64,000 bases of DNA from an uncultured Pseudobdellovibrionaceae bacterium (GCA_964360255.1 CAYHVK010000006.1:56191-120190), one strand, 5' to 3'; counted from the stretch's first letter, positions 27,731 to 37,885 are shown. Notes: generated by a model not told the origin, from the sequence alone. Translations and numbers: made by a program.

Positions 27731-29357
27731 TAGGCGGATAATCTAAGTTGTAGTGAATCCCAATAGATTCTTTTCTCTCTAAAGCACAATCCACCGTGAG
27801 TTGAGCAAAAATCGCAATATTGCGAAGCTCAACAATATCTGAATTCACATCAAACTCTGAATAATACTGATCGATCTCTTGTAAGAGATTATCGAGGCGA
27901 TTCTTCGCTCTGAAGAGGCGGCGGTTGGTGCGCACAATGCCCACATAGGCCCACATGAGGCGACGAATCTCTTCCCATAAGTGGGTGATCAAATCGAGCT
28001 CGTCGTTTTTATTGCTTGAGCGATAAGAAGGCTGGGTTTGCGAAATGGGTCTCAGCATTTGATTATATTCGCTGTAGGTTGGCAGTGAATTTAGGGTGAT
28101 ATCATCTGCTATGAGGGTTCGTGAGTGCGCGGCGGCGTTACGGGCAAACACCAGGCATTCGAGTAGAGAATTAGAGGCCAGTCGATTGGCGCCATGAAGG
28201 CCGGTGCAAGCATTTTCGCCGATAGCATAGAGACCTTTGATGTCGGTGGCGCCATCGGCATTGGTGAGAATGCCTCCGCATAAATAATGAGCGGCAGGTA
28301 CGACAGGAATCGGCTGAGTGGTAATATCAATACCGTACTCAAGGCACTTTTTATAAATTTGTGGGAAGCGTGATTGGATAAATTCTTTATCTTTATGAGT
28401 GATATCTAAAAACACGCAAGGCTCAGCGGTTTTCTTCATCTCTGAATCGATCGAGCGGGCCACTATATCTCGAGGAGCTAAACTGCCTAGTGGATGCACG
28501 TCTTTCATAAAAGCTTCGCCCTTTTTATTCACCAGCTCAGCGCCCTCGCCGCGAAGAGCTTCGGAAATTAAAAAATTGCGCGCATTGGGATGATAAAGAC
28601 AAGTCGGATGAAACTGCATGAACTCTAGATTCGTGATGCGAGCGCCCATTCGGTGGGCCATAGCCACTCCGTCACCGGTGGCGCCGCTCCAGTTAGATGT
28701 ATAGAGATAAGTTTTGCCCGCGCCACCAGTGGCAAGAATTGTTGTTTTAGCTAAAACGGGTATAACTTCGCCGCTCGTGCGGTCAAGAACATAGGCGCCC
28801 AGGCATTGATCGGGGCCCACATACTTTTCGTCTATTTTTCGTTTTGAAATTAAATCGATAGCGAATTGATTCTCGAAGAGATCAATTTGTTTATTCGCTC
28901 GTACAAGTGAGAGAAGTTGTCTTTGAATATCTAAGCCTGTGTGATCTTCAACGTGAAGAATGCGGCGCTGTGAGTGGCCGCCTTCTTTTGTCAGTGAAAA
29001 TGACTGATCAGATTGGCGATCAAATTTTACGCCCCAGTTCACAAGATCTTGAATGCAGTCGGGGCCCGCGTCGACCACCATTTTGACGATGTCTTTATTG
29101 CAGAGGCCGGCTCCTGCGATAAGAGTGTCTTGAATGTGTTGTTCGGCAGAGTCATCTTTTGAGGTGACGGCGGCGATTCCGCCTTGAGCCATTTCGGTAT
29201 TACCAGTTTCAAGATGTGTTTTGCTTAAGATGCAAACTCGCCCGAAAGCACTGACTTTCAGTGCGAAAGCGAGGCCGGCGAGGCCAGAGCCGATCACCAT
29301 GAAATCGTAAGGGCCGCTTTGTACAGAATCTTGTAGCGAGGTGAACTCTTGTTCCAT
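27723..29357 (-). CDS. nadB: L-aspartate oxidase
   Basis: FAD fold DFMVIGSGLAGLAFA. Flavoprotein core EFMQFHPT and AAHYLCGGI. GANRLASNSLLE. 544 aa. Confidence 0.9.
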   Translation of the reverse strand: MEQEFTSLQDSVQSGPYDFMVIGSGLAGLAFALKVSAFGRVCILSKTHLETGNTEMAQGGIAAVTSKDDSAEQHIQDTLIAGAGLCNKDIVKMVVDAGPDCIQDLVNWGVKFDRQSDQSFSLTKEGGHSQRRILHVEDHTGLDIQRQLLSLVRANKQIDLFENQFAIDLISKRKIDEKYVGPDQCLGAYVLDRTSGEVIPVLAKTTILATGGAGKTYLYTSNWSGATGDGVAMAHRMGARITNLEFMQFHPTCLYHPNARNFLISEALRGEGAELVNKKGEAFMKDVHPLGSLAPRDIVARSIDSEMKKTAEPCVFLDITHKDKEFIQSRFPQIYKKCLEYGIDITTQPIPVVPAAHYLCGGILTNADGATDIKGLYAIGENACTGLHGANRLASNSLLECLVFARNAAAHSRTLIADDITLNSLPTYSEYNQMLRPISQTQPSYRSSNKNDELDLITHLWEEIRRLMWAYVGIVRTNRRLFRAKNRLDNLLQEIDQYYSEFDVNSDIVELRNIAIFAQLTVDCALERKESIGIHYNLDYPPIT

Positions 29358-29486
29358 GGACTGAATCTAATCCAAACACCTACTATGGTCTAGGTTTTTG
29401 AGGGCTAAGCCACACCCGACCTTGATCGAAGTGCGATCATAAAAGTAGAATTAAATCGCGAAGTTATACGCATTTCAAAGGTTTTA

Positions 29487-31412
29487 ATGGCATTTCACGT
29501 ACGAGCAACTTTGGTCGCAATAGCAGCAGTTTTGCTGACGGCGGGATACTGCGCTTGGCAACTTTCGCGGGCGGCACAAAATCATTTCAACGAGCAGAAA
29601 ATAAATGTAACGACTCAATCGCTCGCCATGACAAAAAAACAAGTTGAAGAGTATCTAGATAAAACGGCCAACGAACTCACTCAGCTCATTCAAACTGAAA
29701 TTAATCAAAATGAAATTTCAAATCAATTCAAGCAGAGTGATTTCATTGTTACGTCAGTGAGCAGCTTAGGCGAGGGCGGCAAGTGGGTCATCGATTGGTA
29801 TCGCACAAAAAATAATACCATCACTCAAGATTTTTTAACTGCGCAAATACCTGAGCTTGGTTTTGGCGAAATTCAAAACGATAAAATTCAAGTGGGCCGT
29901 GTTGAAGCACCTGATAAGCGCGTATATTTTACGGTGTCGGTGCAGATTCGTTTCAAAACTCCTGAAGGCGAAACGGTGAAAGTCGCAACAGGTCTTGTGC
30001 CGATTTCTTTCTTTCAATCTTTGTTCGATATAACGAAGGGCTCAAATGACGAAGGCCTTTTAGTTGATTCAAAAGGCTACGCGATTTCATATCCTGATCA
30101 GCAGTACGTGGGAGCCAAAGTTGACACCCATCCAGTGGTGAAGATGGCTCTGCAAGGAAGCTTAGGTTCAGAAGTGAGCTTCAGTCAGAATATCAGGGGC
30201 GAGTCTGTTATTGGTGGTTATGAAAAGCTCGGACAATCGAATTTGATTTTGGTTTTAAGTTCGCCAGTGATGAGCCGTAGCAGTGCCATGATGCAATCTA
30301 TATTACAGATCATTTTATTTTGTATCGCGACCATGCTTGTTGTAACCGGAATTTTAGTTTTCTGGGGCCGTCAGAACAAAATGAAAACTGATTTCTTGCT
30401 CAATCGCATTAGAGTTCTCGAGCAAAGACAGCAGAATCCGGCTGAGCTCAGTCTGTTTGTGGCTGAGCAAACAAAGAAAGAAATTCTTCGCGAGTTCGCC
30501 TTTGGAGTCGTGCAGATCTTGCGCACGCCTATGACGGCCATTATTGGTCAGGCTCAGCTGCTTAAAGACAAGGTCAGCGATCCTGAACAAAAATCAATCA
30601 GCTCGAAGATCGAGCGTGAGACTCGGCAGAATCGTGACTTTGTCGAGCAGCTCGCCATGAGTTACGGTCTAACCGATGTCAAGCAGACCCTGGTTGAAGC
30701 AGAGACTGTCGTGATGCCGGTGGTGCAAGAGCTTCAGGGCTTATTTGCTAAAAATGAAATTCAAATTGAAGAGAATATTAAAACTCGGGCTCGCGTTTCG
30801 GTTCCGCAAGGGGATTTGAAGGTGGCTTTAAAGCATGTTTTTAATCTGATGATCGATCGCCTTTCTTTGAAGACTGGTTATCGCAAAATTTCTATTAATG
30901 TAGAGCAGGCGGGACCTCATATCTTTATCAAGATCAGTGATAACGGGGCGAGACTTGAAAAAGATTTCCAAGCCCAAATTTTCAGTCCGTTTAAAGTGAG
31001 TGGATTGAATTTTAGTTTGTTGAGATCTCTAGTTGAAAGCGCTGATGGTCAAATCACGGCTAAAGACGCCGATGGTGGTGGGCTGGAATTTGTGATTCAG
31101 CTCACTGAAGATAAGAGTGAAGCGCCAGCTAAGAAAACTGAGTCTTCGATAAAAATCACAGCCGAGGCCACACCAAAGAGAATTGAAATACCGATGCCAG
31201 ATTCTATTGATTTAGAATCGATTATGTCAGCGAAAGAACCTGCCAAAGAAGAAGATTTGAAAGGTATGAAGGCTGTCGATATGGCCGCTTCGTTTGCACT
31301 ACCTGAAGTCCCGACGACTGAATCAATAGAGGCAGATGTTAAAAAAGGAATTGTAGCTGAAGAAGAAATGAAAGTTACAATTCGTAAGCCTAAAATGAGG
31401 TCTGATTCTTGA
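29487..31412 (+). CDS. membrane sensor kinase-like protein with degenerate H-box and ATP-binding boxes (pseudo-histidine kinase)
   Basis: N-terminal TM, periplasmic Cache-like region, second TM (ILFCIATMLVVTGILVFW). DHp aligns as FAFGVVQILRTPMTAIIG, so Gln sits where His is in SHELRTPL. G1 is ISDNGARL and G2 is SGLNFSLL, both degenerate. Confidence 0.7.
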   Translation: MAFHVRATLVAIAAVLLTAGYCAWQLSRAAQNHFNEQKINVTTQSLAMTKKQVEEYLDKTANELTQLIQTEINQNEISNQFKQSDFIVTSVSSLGEGGKWVIDWYRTKNNTITQDFLTAQIPELGFGEIQNDKIQVGRVEAPDKRVYFTVSVQIRFKTPEGETVKVATGLVPISFFQSLFDITKGSNDEGLLVDSKGYAISYPDQQYVGAKVDTHPVVKMALQGSLGSEVSFSQNIRGESVIGGYEKLGQSNLILVLSSPVMSRSSAMMQSILQIILFCIATMLVVTGILVFWGRQNKMKTDFLLNRIRVLEQRQQNPAELSLFVAEQTKKEILREFAFGVVQILRTPMTAIIGQAQLLKDKVSDPEQKSISSKIERETRQNRDFVEQLAMSYGLTDVKQTLVEAETVVMPVVQELQGLFAKNEIQIEENIKTRARVSVPQGDLKVALKHVFNLMIDRLSLKTGYRKISINVEQAGPHIFIKISDNGARLEKDFQAQIFSPFKVSGLNFSLLRSLVESADGQITAKDADGGGLEFVIQLTEDKSEAPAKKTESSIKITAEATPKRIEIPMPDSIDLESIMSAKEPAKEEDLKGMKAVDMAASFALPEVPTTESIEADVKKGIVAEEEMKVTIRKPKMRSDS

Positions 31413-32893
31413 ATATTCAAAATTACCGCGCATCTTTTACCGTCTCTGTTGTAAATTCAAATTTACAAGACTCTAAGATCGTTTCTGACGTACTAGAAAA
31501 TAGTGGTTACTCTGTTCTTCACTACATGAGCGAAGAAAATTTTGAGAGCGACTTCAAAGTTAATATTCCGCATATTTTGATTTTAAGTTATGAAAACTTG
31601 ATGAAGATGAAGCCGATGCACGCCGATGAGTGGATTGAAAATCTTCTGCATAAGCTTCCAGAGCTGCATATTATTATTCTCGCTGCTCGCGATAAATTAG
31701 ATGTGGCTTGTGATCTCTTTGAAAGCGGCGTTTATGATGTGCTCGAATGGCCGAACAAAAACACCCGCCAACTTTTACGGGCTGCCGACCGTGCCGCTGA
31801 AACTGATTACCATGTTTATTTGAATGAAGAGCTGAAAGAAAAATTAGGCGAGCAAACCATTCAAAGAGGCGAGGCCAGTTACTCGCTTTTAGCGGTTTGG
31901 CTCCATGAACTTTATAAAAGAAAAGACTCTAATTTTGCTTTGATGCATTTGATGAATGAAATCTCTCGCTACCTGTCAGGCGCGGAAGTCTTATTTTTCA
32001 AATACATTCCCAATCGCTCGATGCTGGTGGCGCAGAATAGCGTCGGTTTAGAGATGCGTTTATTAGAAAACATCGGCATCGATTTGAAGTCGACTGAAAA
32101 GCCTTTTAATGAAAGTCTACTTCTTAAGCCGCAAAGCCTGAGGGGGCTACAAGATCTGGTGGTGAATGGTTTTAGAAAAAAACATTACGCCGCTTTTCCG
32201 ATTATATCGGGGAGAGAAGTGCGCGGGGTTCTGGTTGCGATTCCGAAAGAACATCAGGGTGATGTGGTCAGTGATCCTTATATCCGCGTCTGTCTTGAGG
32301 CCCATCACCATTTTGAGCGCTTAATGGTTCTTCAGGGTCGCTTACAGAAAACCAGCTTGCTTGATGATCAAACCGAAGTCTTCAACCGCGATTTCATTCT
32401 AAAAAAAGTAAAAGAAGAAATCTCGCGCGCTCGTCGTATTTTAAAGCCGGTTTCGATTCTTCTTCTTTCATTAGATAAGTTTCAAGAATTTCAACTCAGT
32501 CAGCCACAAGCTGAGGTGGATAAGCTTCTGAAGAGTGTCGGTGGGCTTTTCACCCGTAATAGTCGTCTCAATGACCTAGTCGGCCGAGTTGAAGTCGACC
32601 AATTTATTCTTGTTCTGCCCCATACCGATAAAAAGGGAGCGGCGATTAAAGCCGAGAGGCTTCGCCGCATGATTGAGTCAGCGGATTTCTCTAAGATATT
32701 AAATCAGCCTGTATCTTTCACAGTGAGTATTGGAGTCAGTGATTACCCATCAGTTTGTCATGATGCCGATAGTCTTCTTGAAACTGCTGAAGAAGCGCTC
32801 TATCAAATTCGTAAAAATGGTGATAACAAAGTCTGTCTCGCCACGCCAAAGGGAAGCTTCGTCGCGGACTTTGAAATTAAAGAAGAAAAATAA
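31409..32893 (+). CDS. pseudo-receiver + degenerate GGDEF domain protein (RxxD I-site retained)
   Basis: TTG start overlapping the upstream stop. Receiver-like fold lacks the acidic pocket (VVNSN; ILILSYEN in place of the phospho-Asp). GGDEF domain VFNRDF...LLSLDKFQ...SRLNDLVGRVEVDQFILVL...SIGVS: EVDQF replaces GGDEF, and RLND lies 5 residues upstream. Confidence 0.75.
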   Translation: MNIQNYRASFTVSVVNSNLQDSKIVSDVLENSGYSVLHYMSEENFESDFKVNIPHILILSYENLMKMKPMHADEWIENLLHKLPELHIIILAARDKLDVACDLFESGVYDVLEWPNKNTRQLLRAADRAAETDYHVYLNEELKEKLGEQTIQRGEASYSLLAVWLHELYKRKDSNFALMHLMNEISRYLSGAEVLFFKYIPNRSMLVAQNSVGLEMRLLENIGIDLKSTEKPFNESLLLKPQSLRGLQDLVVNGFRKKHYAAFPIISGREVRGVLVAIPKEHQGDVVSDPYIRVCLEAHHHFERLMVLQGRLQKTSLLDDQTEVFNRDFILKKVKEEISRARRILKPVSILLLSLDKFQEFQLSQPQAEVDKLLKSVGGLFTRNSRLNDLVGRVEVDQFILVLPHTDKKGAAIKAERLRRMIESADFSKILNQPVSFTVSIGVSDYPSVCHDADSLLETAEEALYQIRKNGDNKVCLATPKGSFVADFEIKEEK

Positions 32894-32896
32894 TTT

Positions 32897-34081
32897 ATGC
32901 AGCATCGACCAACAGTCGCCATTATTAATTTAAAAAATATTGCCCATAACTATAAAGTTTTGCGTGATTTGCAAAAGAGCCAAGACTTATTTTATTGCCC
33001 CATGATCAAGGCCGATGCTTACGGGCACGGAGCCACTCGAGTGATGCAGACACTCTATGATTTAGGTCAGAGATATTTTGGTGTTGCGCTTCTTGAAGAG
33101 GCGATTGAGCTGCGCGAAGATTTTTCGAATCACCGGGACTTCTGTAACATATTAGTTTTTGCTCCTTTATTTGAAGAGAGCCTTGAGGCGGCTTTGCAAG
33201 CCCAGGTGACGCCAGTTCTCTCGTCATGGCGAGAACTTGAAAATTTAGAAAACGCCTTGAAGCAATTTGACCGTGAAGACTTGAAAATCAAAGTTCATCT
33301 TAAATTCAATACCGGAATGGCGCGACTCGGGTTTGATGCCTCTGAGGCCGATGCGTTGGCAAAATATTTTAGAAAAGGCAGCCAGCTTGAGCTTGAAGGG
33401 GTTTGCACTCATTTATCAGACGGCGAAGATGCGCACTTGGCTGGCGGTTGGTCCGCTGATCAAATCGAAAAATTTGCAGCTATTGAAAAATCTTTTTCTG
33501 GTTTCAAAATATTTTTTCACATGTTTAACAGTGCGGGTCTTATCGCTTCTAGTTTAGCGAAAACTCCGCAGAACCATAATTGGGGCGCGCGACCAGGACT
33601 TTCGCTTTATGGCGTGAAGCCAGTGATGGGAGATCTAAGCGCCGAGCAACTTGAAGCCTGGAAGAAAATTGATCTTCGTCCGGTTATGCAAGTTGAGACA
33701 CAGATCGTTTTGACTCGCGAGATTAAGAAGGGTGAGGGCGTTTCGTACAACAGACGTTGGACGAGTTCGCAAGACTCCCTCATTGCAGTTTTACCTATTG
33801 GTTACGCTGACGGATACCACAGACGCTTGTCTAACAAAGGTCTTATGTTGGTGCAAGATCGAGTGGTCCCTGTTGTTGGCACTGTGTGTATGGACTACAC
33901 TCTAGTAGATGTATCGGCGCTAAGAGAAAACAACCAGGATTTGTACGGCATGAGTGTCATTGTCATTGGACAAGATCAAACACAATCAGTGAAGGCAGAA
34001 GATCTAGCTGAACTTGTGGGCACTAATGCGTACGAAATTTTAACAAGTGTGAGTCGCCGGGTACCTAGGGTTTATAGATGA
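32897..34081 (+). CDS. alr: alanine racemase
   Basis: PLP-lysine motif CPMIKADAYGHG. C-terminal VGTVCMDYTLVDV and YEILTSVSRRVPRVY. Confidence 0.92.
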   Translation: MQHRPTVAIINLKNIAHNYKVLRDLQKSQDLFYCPMIKADAYGHGATRVMQTLYDLGQRYFGVALLEEAIELREDFSNHRDFCNILVFAPLFEESLEAALQAQVTPVLSSWRELENLENALKQFDREDLKIKVHLKFNTGMARLGFDASEADALAKYFRKGSQLELEGVCTHLSDGEDAHLAGGWSADQIEKFAAIEKSFSGFKIFFHMFNSAGLIASSLAKTPQNHNWGARPGLSLYGVKPVMGDLSAEQLEAWKKIDLRPVMQVETQIVLTREIKKGEGVSYNRRWTSSQDSLIAVLPIGYADGYHRRLSNKGLMLVQDRVVPVVGTVCMDYTLVDVSALRENNQDLYGMSVIVIGQDQTQSVKAEDLAELVGTNAYEILTSVSRRVPRVYR

Positions 34082-34920
34082 TCGCCATGTGGGTCGGAGT
34101 TCGCAAACATGTGAACGACTCGATAGACAATTTTTTTATTAAACTCAGCCTCTCGGTTGCTGAGTTCTTCTCGTCAGCTGGCGCCATTGTCATTTTCTTT
34201 GCTCAATCCACTCGACTGATTTTTAAAGCTCCTTATCGTTTCGAAGAAATCATTAAGCATGTTGAGTTCATCGGTAATAAATCGATTCTTATAATTTTAC
34301 TGACAGGCGCTTTCACCGGAATGGCTATGTCATTTCAGATTTACTTGGGCTTTAACATGGTGAATGCCACGAATTTAGTGGGCCCCACTGTAGCCCTTGG
34401 AATCACTCGCGAATTAGGCCCGGTTCTCACCGGCCTGATTGTCGCCGCGAGAGCGGGCGGAGCCATGGCGGCTCGCTTGGGTACGATGCGAGTGAACGAA
34501 CAAATTGATGCTCTCGAAGTGATGGGAATTGATCCGAAACAATATCTCGTTGCTCCGCGAATTATCGCAGCGTTTGTTTCGATGCCACTTCTTTGCGGTG
34601 TTTTCGATTTTATCGCCATGCTCGGTTCATATTTCTTATGCGTAAAAGTTCTCGGTCTTGATGAAGCCATCTTCTGGGATAAAATTAGTGTTTGGTTGAA
34701 CCCACGTGACATCAACGAAGGTTTGATTAAATCGGCGATTTTCGGTTTAACATTTACCGCGATTTGTACTTATCGTGGCTTCTTCACTACGGGCGGCGCC
34801 AAAGGTGTCGGTGAAGCAACCAACGGTGGCGTTGTGAATAGCATGGTTTTAATTATTGTAATTAATTTCTTCGCAACAAATATAATTCGTTTCTATTACG
34901 CAGTGATGGGGATCAAATGA
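34078..34920 (+). CDS. mlaE: MlaE-family ABC transporter permease
   Basis: Conserved GPTVALGITRELGPVLTGLIVAARAGGAMAA and EQIDALEVMGIDP. Overlaps alr by 4 nt. Confidence 0.88.
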   Translation: MIAMWVGVRKHVNDSIDNFFIKLSLSVAEFFSSAGAIVIFFAQSTRLIFKAPYRFEEIIKHVEFIGNKSILIILLTGAFTGMAMSFQIYLGFNMVNATNLVGPTVALGITRELGPVLTGLIVAARAGGAMAARLGTMRVNEQIDALEVMGIDPKQYLVAPRIIAAFVSMPLLCGVFDFIAMLGSYFLCVKVLGLDEAIFWDKISVWLNPRDINEGLIKSAIFGLTFTAICTYRGFFTTGGAKGVGEATNGGVVNSMVLIIVINFFATNIIRFYYAVMGIK

Positions 34921-35675
34921 GCGAAACCGCCATTGAGATTTCAAACTTGCGCAAAACTTTCGATGGTAAAGAGTATGTCATAAACGGCATGAGTCTTAAT
35001 ATTCCTAAAGGAAAAATTACCGTTATCATCGGCTTCTCGGGGACGGGCAAGAGCGTTCTTTTAAAACATATTTTAGGACTTCTCAGGCCCACGTCGGGCA
35101 CCATCAAGGTTTTCGGGAAAGATGTATGGTCAATGAATTTTGATGAGCTCATTGATTTGCGTTGTAAGCTCGGGGTTCTTTTTCAGAACTCGGCGCTCTT
35201 TGATGATATGACCGTACTTGAGAATGTGCACTTTCCGCTGATTGAGCATCGTCGTGATTTATCTTTCAAGGCCATTGATGAAATCGCTCGCGCAAAACTT
35301 CTCGCTTCTGGTATGGAAGAGAAGCATTATAATAAACTTCCGGGCGAACTATCAGGTGGTATGAGAAAGCGTGTGGCCTTGGCGCGTGCACTGGCGCTCG
35401 ACCCCGATGTGCTGCTTTATGATGAGCCGACAACTGGACTAGATCCCATTTTAACAGAGATGGTAGATGATTTAATTTTGAAAACTCATCAAAACCACAA
35501 AGGTTCAACGTCCGTAGTTGTTTCCCATGACATTTTAGCGGCGTTTCGATTGGCCGACTATCTAGTTATGCTAGACAAAGGAAAAGTCTTACTAGCCGGG
35601 ACGAAAGAGGACTTCTATAATACAAACATACCTTTAGTGAAACAATTTTTGTCAAAAGGCTTCAAGAGGGAATAA
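34917..35675 (+). CDS. mlaF: MlaF-family ABC transporter ATP-binding protein
   Basis: Walker A GFSGTGKS. Signature LSGGMRKR. Walker B LLYDEPTTGLD. H-loop VVSHD. Confidence 0.9.
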   Translation: MSETAIEISNLRKTFDGKEYVINGMSLNIPKGKITVIIGFSGTGKSVLLKHILGLLRPTSGTIKVFGKDVWSMNFDELIDLRCKLGVLFQNSALFDDMTVLENVHFPLIEHRRDLSFKAIDEIARAKLLASGMEEKHYNKLPGELSGGMRKRVALARALALDPDVLLYDEPTTGLDPILTEMVDDLILKTHQNHKGSTSVVVSHDILAAFRLADYLVMLDKGKVLLAGTKEDFYNTNIPLVKQFLSKGFKRE

Positions 35676-37048
35676 TGTTTTCGACACCTGAGTTTAAAGT
35701 TGGAGCCCTCGTCGTCATCGTTTCTGGATTGATTGGCGTCATGTCATTAAAGGTGAATGAGGGCCCTGGTTTATTCTCACGACAAAAAAGGTATTCTTTC
35801 AGTATCGGCGATGCCGGTGGATTGATTGAAAACAGCGCCGTAAAATCTTCGGGTATCAAAGTTGGTATTATCGAGAAGATCGAGCTAGCTGACTCAGGCG
35901 CACGTATTCATATTTTAGTGAATAGCGATTTAAAACTCCGCACATCAGGAGCCGTCGAACTTCGCTCTGATGGTATTCTCGGAGACCGCCACGTCGAGCT
36001 TGTGTTGGGTCATAGCGATGACCCTCTCTTAGAGTCCGGTGAAGAAATTCTCAGCGCCAAAGAAACGGGCTCGATGAACGCCATGATGAAAGAGATCGGT
36101 AAGATCACAGAATCTCTATCGGGTTTGGCGCAAACGCTAAACAAAGCCGCGAGCAGCCAGGGTGATAGAGAAACGACGATTGGCCGAATTATTCTCAACA
36201 TTGAAAAGCTCACGAGCGATATCGCCCAGATGACGGGCGAGAACAAAGAAAAAATCGGCGATATTGTTGATAACGTTCACTCAATCACAAATCAGCTGGA
36301 TGGTTTTATCAGCGACGACAGCCCAGAAGGTTTCAAAGCTGGCTGGGAAAAAGCGGTGGCCAGCTTACATAGAATCGATAGCACCCTTAAAAACTTTGAA
36401 GAGATCTCAGGTAAAATCAATCGGGGCGAGGGCACGCTCGGTCGTTTAGTGAATGATGAAGAGACAGTAGAGAAGCTAAACAGTGTTCTCGATGGGGCTA
36501 ACGATTTCATTGGTGGAGCGGGCACAATGGAGACGAGTGTAGACTTTCACTCGGAATTCTTAGCTGATGCGAGCTTAACGAAGTCTTACTTGAATATTAA
36601 AATTCAGCCGGGTCTAGATCGTTATTACTTATTAGGTATCGTAGATGATCCGCGCGGTGTGCTTGAAGAAACGCGTACAGAGACGAGCGGTACATCAACG
36701 GGCGATATCACAGAGATCAAAACTTTCAAAAACGAAATCAAGTTCAATGCAATCTTTGCGAAGACCTTCTATAACTTCACGCTACGTGGTGGTTTGATGG
36801 AGAGCGCGGGCGGTATTGGTTTCGATTACTCATTCTTGAGCAACAAACTTATTTTCTCAATGGATGCTTTAGACTTCGACGATGTGAATCTGCGCGCCTA
36901 CCTACGGTTTAATGTCTTCAAGGGCATTTACGTTACAGGTGGTGGCGATTACCTCAGCAATGATGAATTCCGCAGCAGCTTTATCGGCGCCGGTATCTTC
37001 ATTACCAATGATGACTTGAAATTGCTCGCAACAAAATTCGCGATGTAG
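35675..37048 (+). CDS. mlaD: MCE/MlaD-family periplasmic substrate-binding protein (long form)
   Basis: N-terminal anchor KVGALVVIVSGLIGVM. MCE domain (VKSSGIKVGIIEKIEL). Long helical C-terminal extension. 457 aa. Confidence 0.75.
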   Translation: MFSTPEFKVGALVVIVSGLIGVMSLKVNEGPGLFSRQKRYSFSIGDAGGLIENSAVKSSGIKVGIIEKIELADSGARIHILVNSDLKLRTSGAVELRSDGILGDRHVELVLGHSDDPLLESGEEILSAKETGSMNAMMKEIGKITESLSGLAQTLNKAASSQGDRETTIGRIILNIEKLTSDIAQMTGENKEKIGDIVDNVHSITNQLDGFISDDSPEGFKAGWEKAVASLHRIDSTLKNFEEISGKINRGEGTLGRLVNDEETVEKLNSVLDGANDFIGGAGTMETSVDFHSEFLADASLTKSYLNIKIQPGLDRYYLLGIVDDPRGVLEETRTETSGTSTGDITEIKTFKNEIKFNAIFAKTFYNFTLRGGLMESAGGIGFDYSFLSNKLIFSMDALDFDDVNLRAYLRFNVFKGIYVTGGGDYLSNDEFRSSFIGAGIFITNDDLKLLATKFAM

Positions 37049-37094
37049 TTCATCTCTATATTTAAGCTAGAATTACATTTTAATTAGAATTATG

Positions 37095-37119
37095 GGCCGC
37101 TTAAAGCGGCCTTTGTTTT
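37095..37119 (+). terminator. rho-independent terminator after the alr-mla operon
   Basis: ggccgctt-a-aagcggcc stem-loop followed by TTTGTTTTA. Confidence 0.7.
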
Positions 37120-37339
37120 ATTAAGATCTGTTGGGCCTGCGAAAAATCTTCCACCGCATTGCACAAAGTTGAATAATTTTAAATTCCCTCCATTGACAAT
37201 ACCATCAGTCACAACTATCGTAATTTCAGATGCGGCAAACACCCAAGAATTGCCGTATCACTTCGCGAGGTGTGACTCGCGAATTAAAAGTGTGAGATAT
37301 GTTTTGCAACGTAACGTAATTAGTGAATTTTGAAGAAAT

Positions 37340-37885
37340 GTGTGTGTAGACCGAAAAGTGAAACAGACGGACTTGTTTGCAAAGAAATCGAATCGCTTCG
37401 GCGGAGATGCTCGCAAGACGCGGGCGTCCCGCCTTTTTCGCCCCATATCCACTAAACAATCCATGCATCTCATGCTGAAGTCGACCAACGCTAAAGGTGA
37501 GTGGTCGTTTCTCAAGCCTCGCAATAAAGCCATCATCGCCCAACTCATTAAGAAGTATTCAGAGGCTTATAGCGTAAAAGTTTTTTCCTCCGCCAATGTA
37601 GGGAATCATCTGCATTTTCATCTCCAGTTTCGCTCACCACGCTCTTATAGAGATTTTGTGCGGGCTATGACGGGCGCGATTGCACTTAAGATTACTGGTT
37701 CAAGTAAAATCAAAGCTTTAAAAGAGCGCTTCTGGACACAGTCGCCCTATACGCGATTTGTTTTTGGTATTAAGGATTTTCTTAAGATTTCAGACTATAT
37801 CAAAATCAATCAGCTGGAAGGTTTTGGCCATGGGCGTGCAGTAGCCGAGTATTTGGTGAGAAATCGTAAGCATGAGTTTGGTTGA
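37340..37885 (+). CDS. IS200/RayT-like HUH (Y1) transposase-like protein, solo copy
   Basis: GTG start. HUH motif NHLHFHLQF. Candidate catalytic Tyr in SDYIKINQLEG (compare Y-x-x-x-N-P of Y1 transposases). No terminal repeats or second copy seen. Confidence 0.5.
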   Translation: MCVDRKVKQTDLFAKKSNRFGGDARKTRASRLFRPISTKQSMHLMLKSTNAKGEWSFLKPRNKAIIAQLIKKYSEAYSVKVFSSANVGNHLHFHLQFRSPRSYRDFVRAMTGAIALKITGSSKIKALKERFWTQSPYTRFVFGIKDFLKISDYIKINQLEGFGHGRAVAEYLVRNRKHEFG

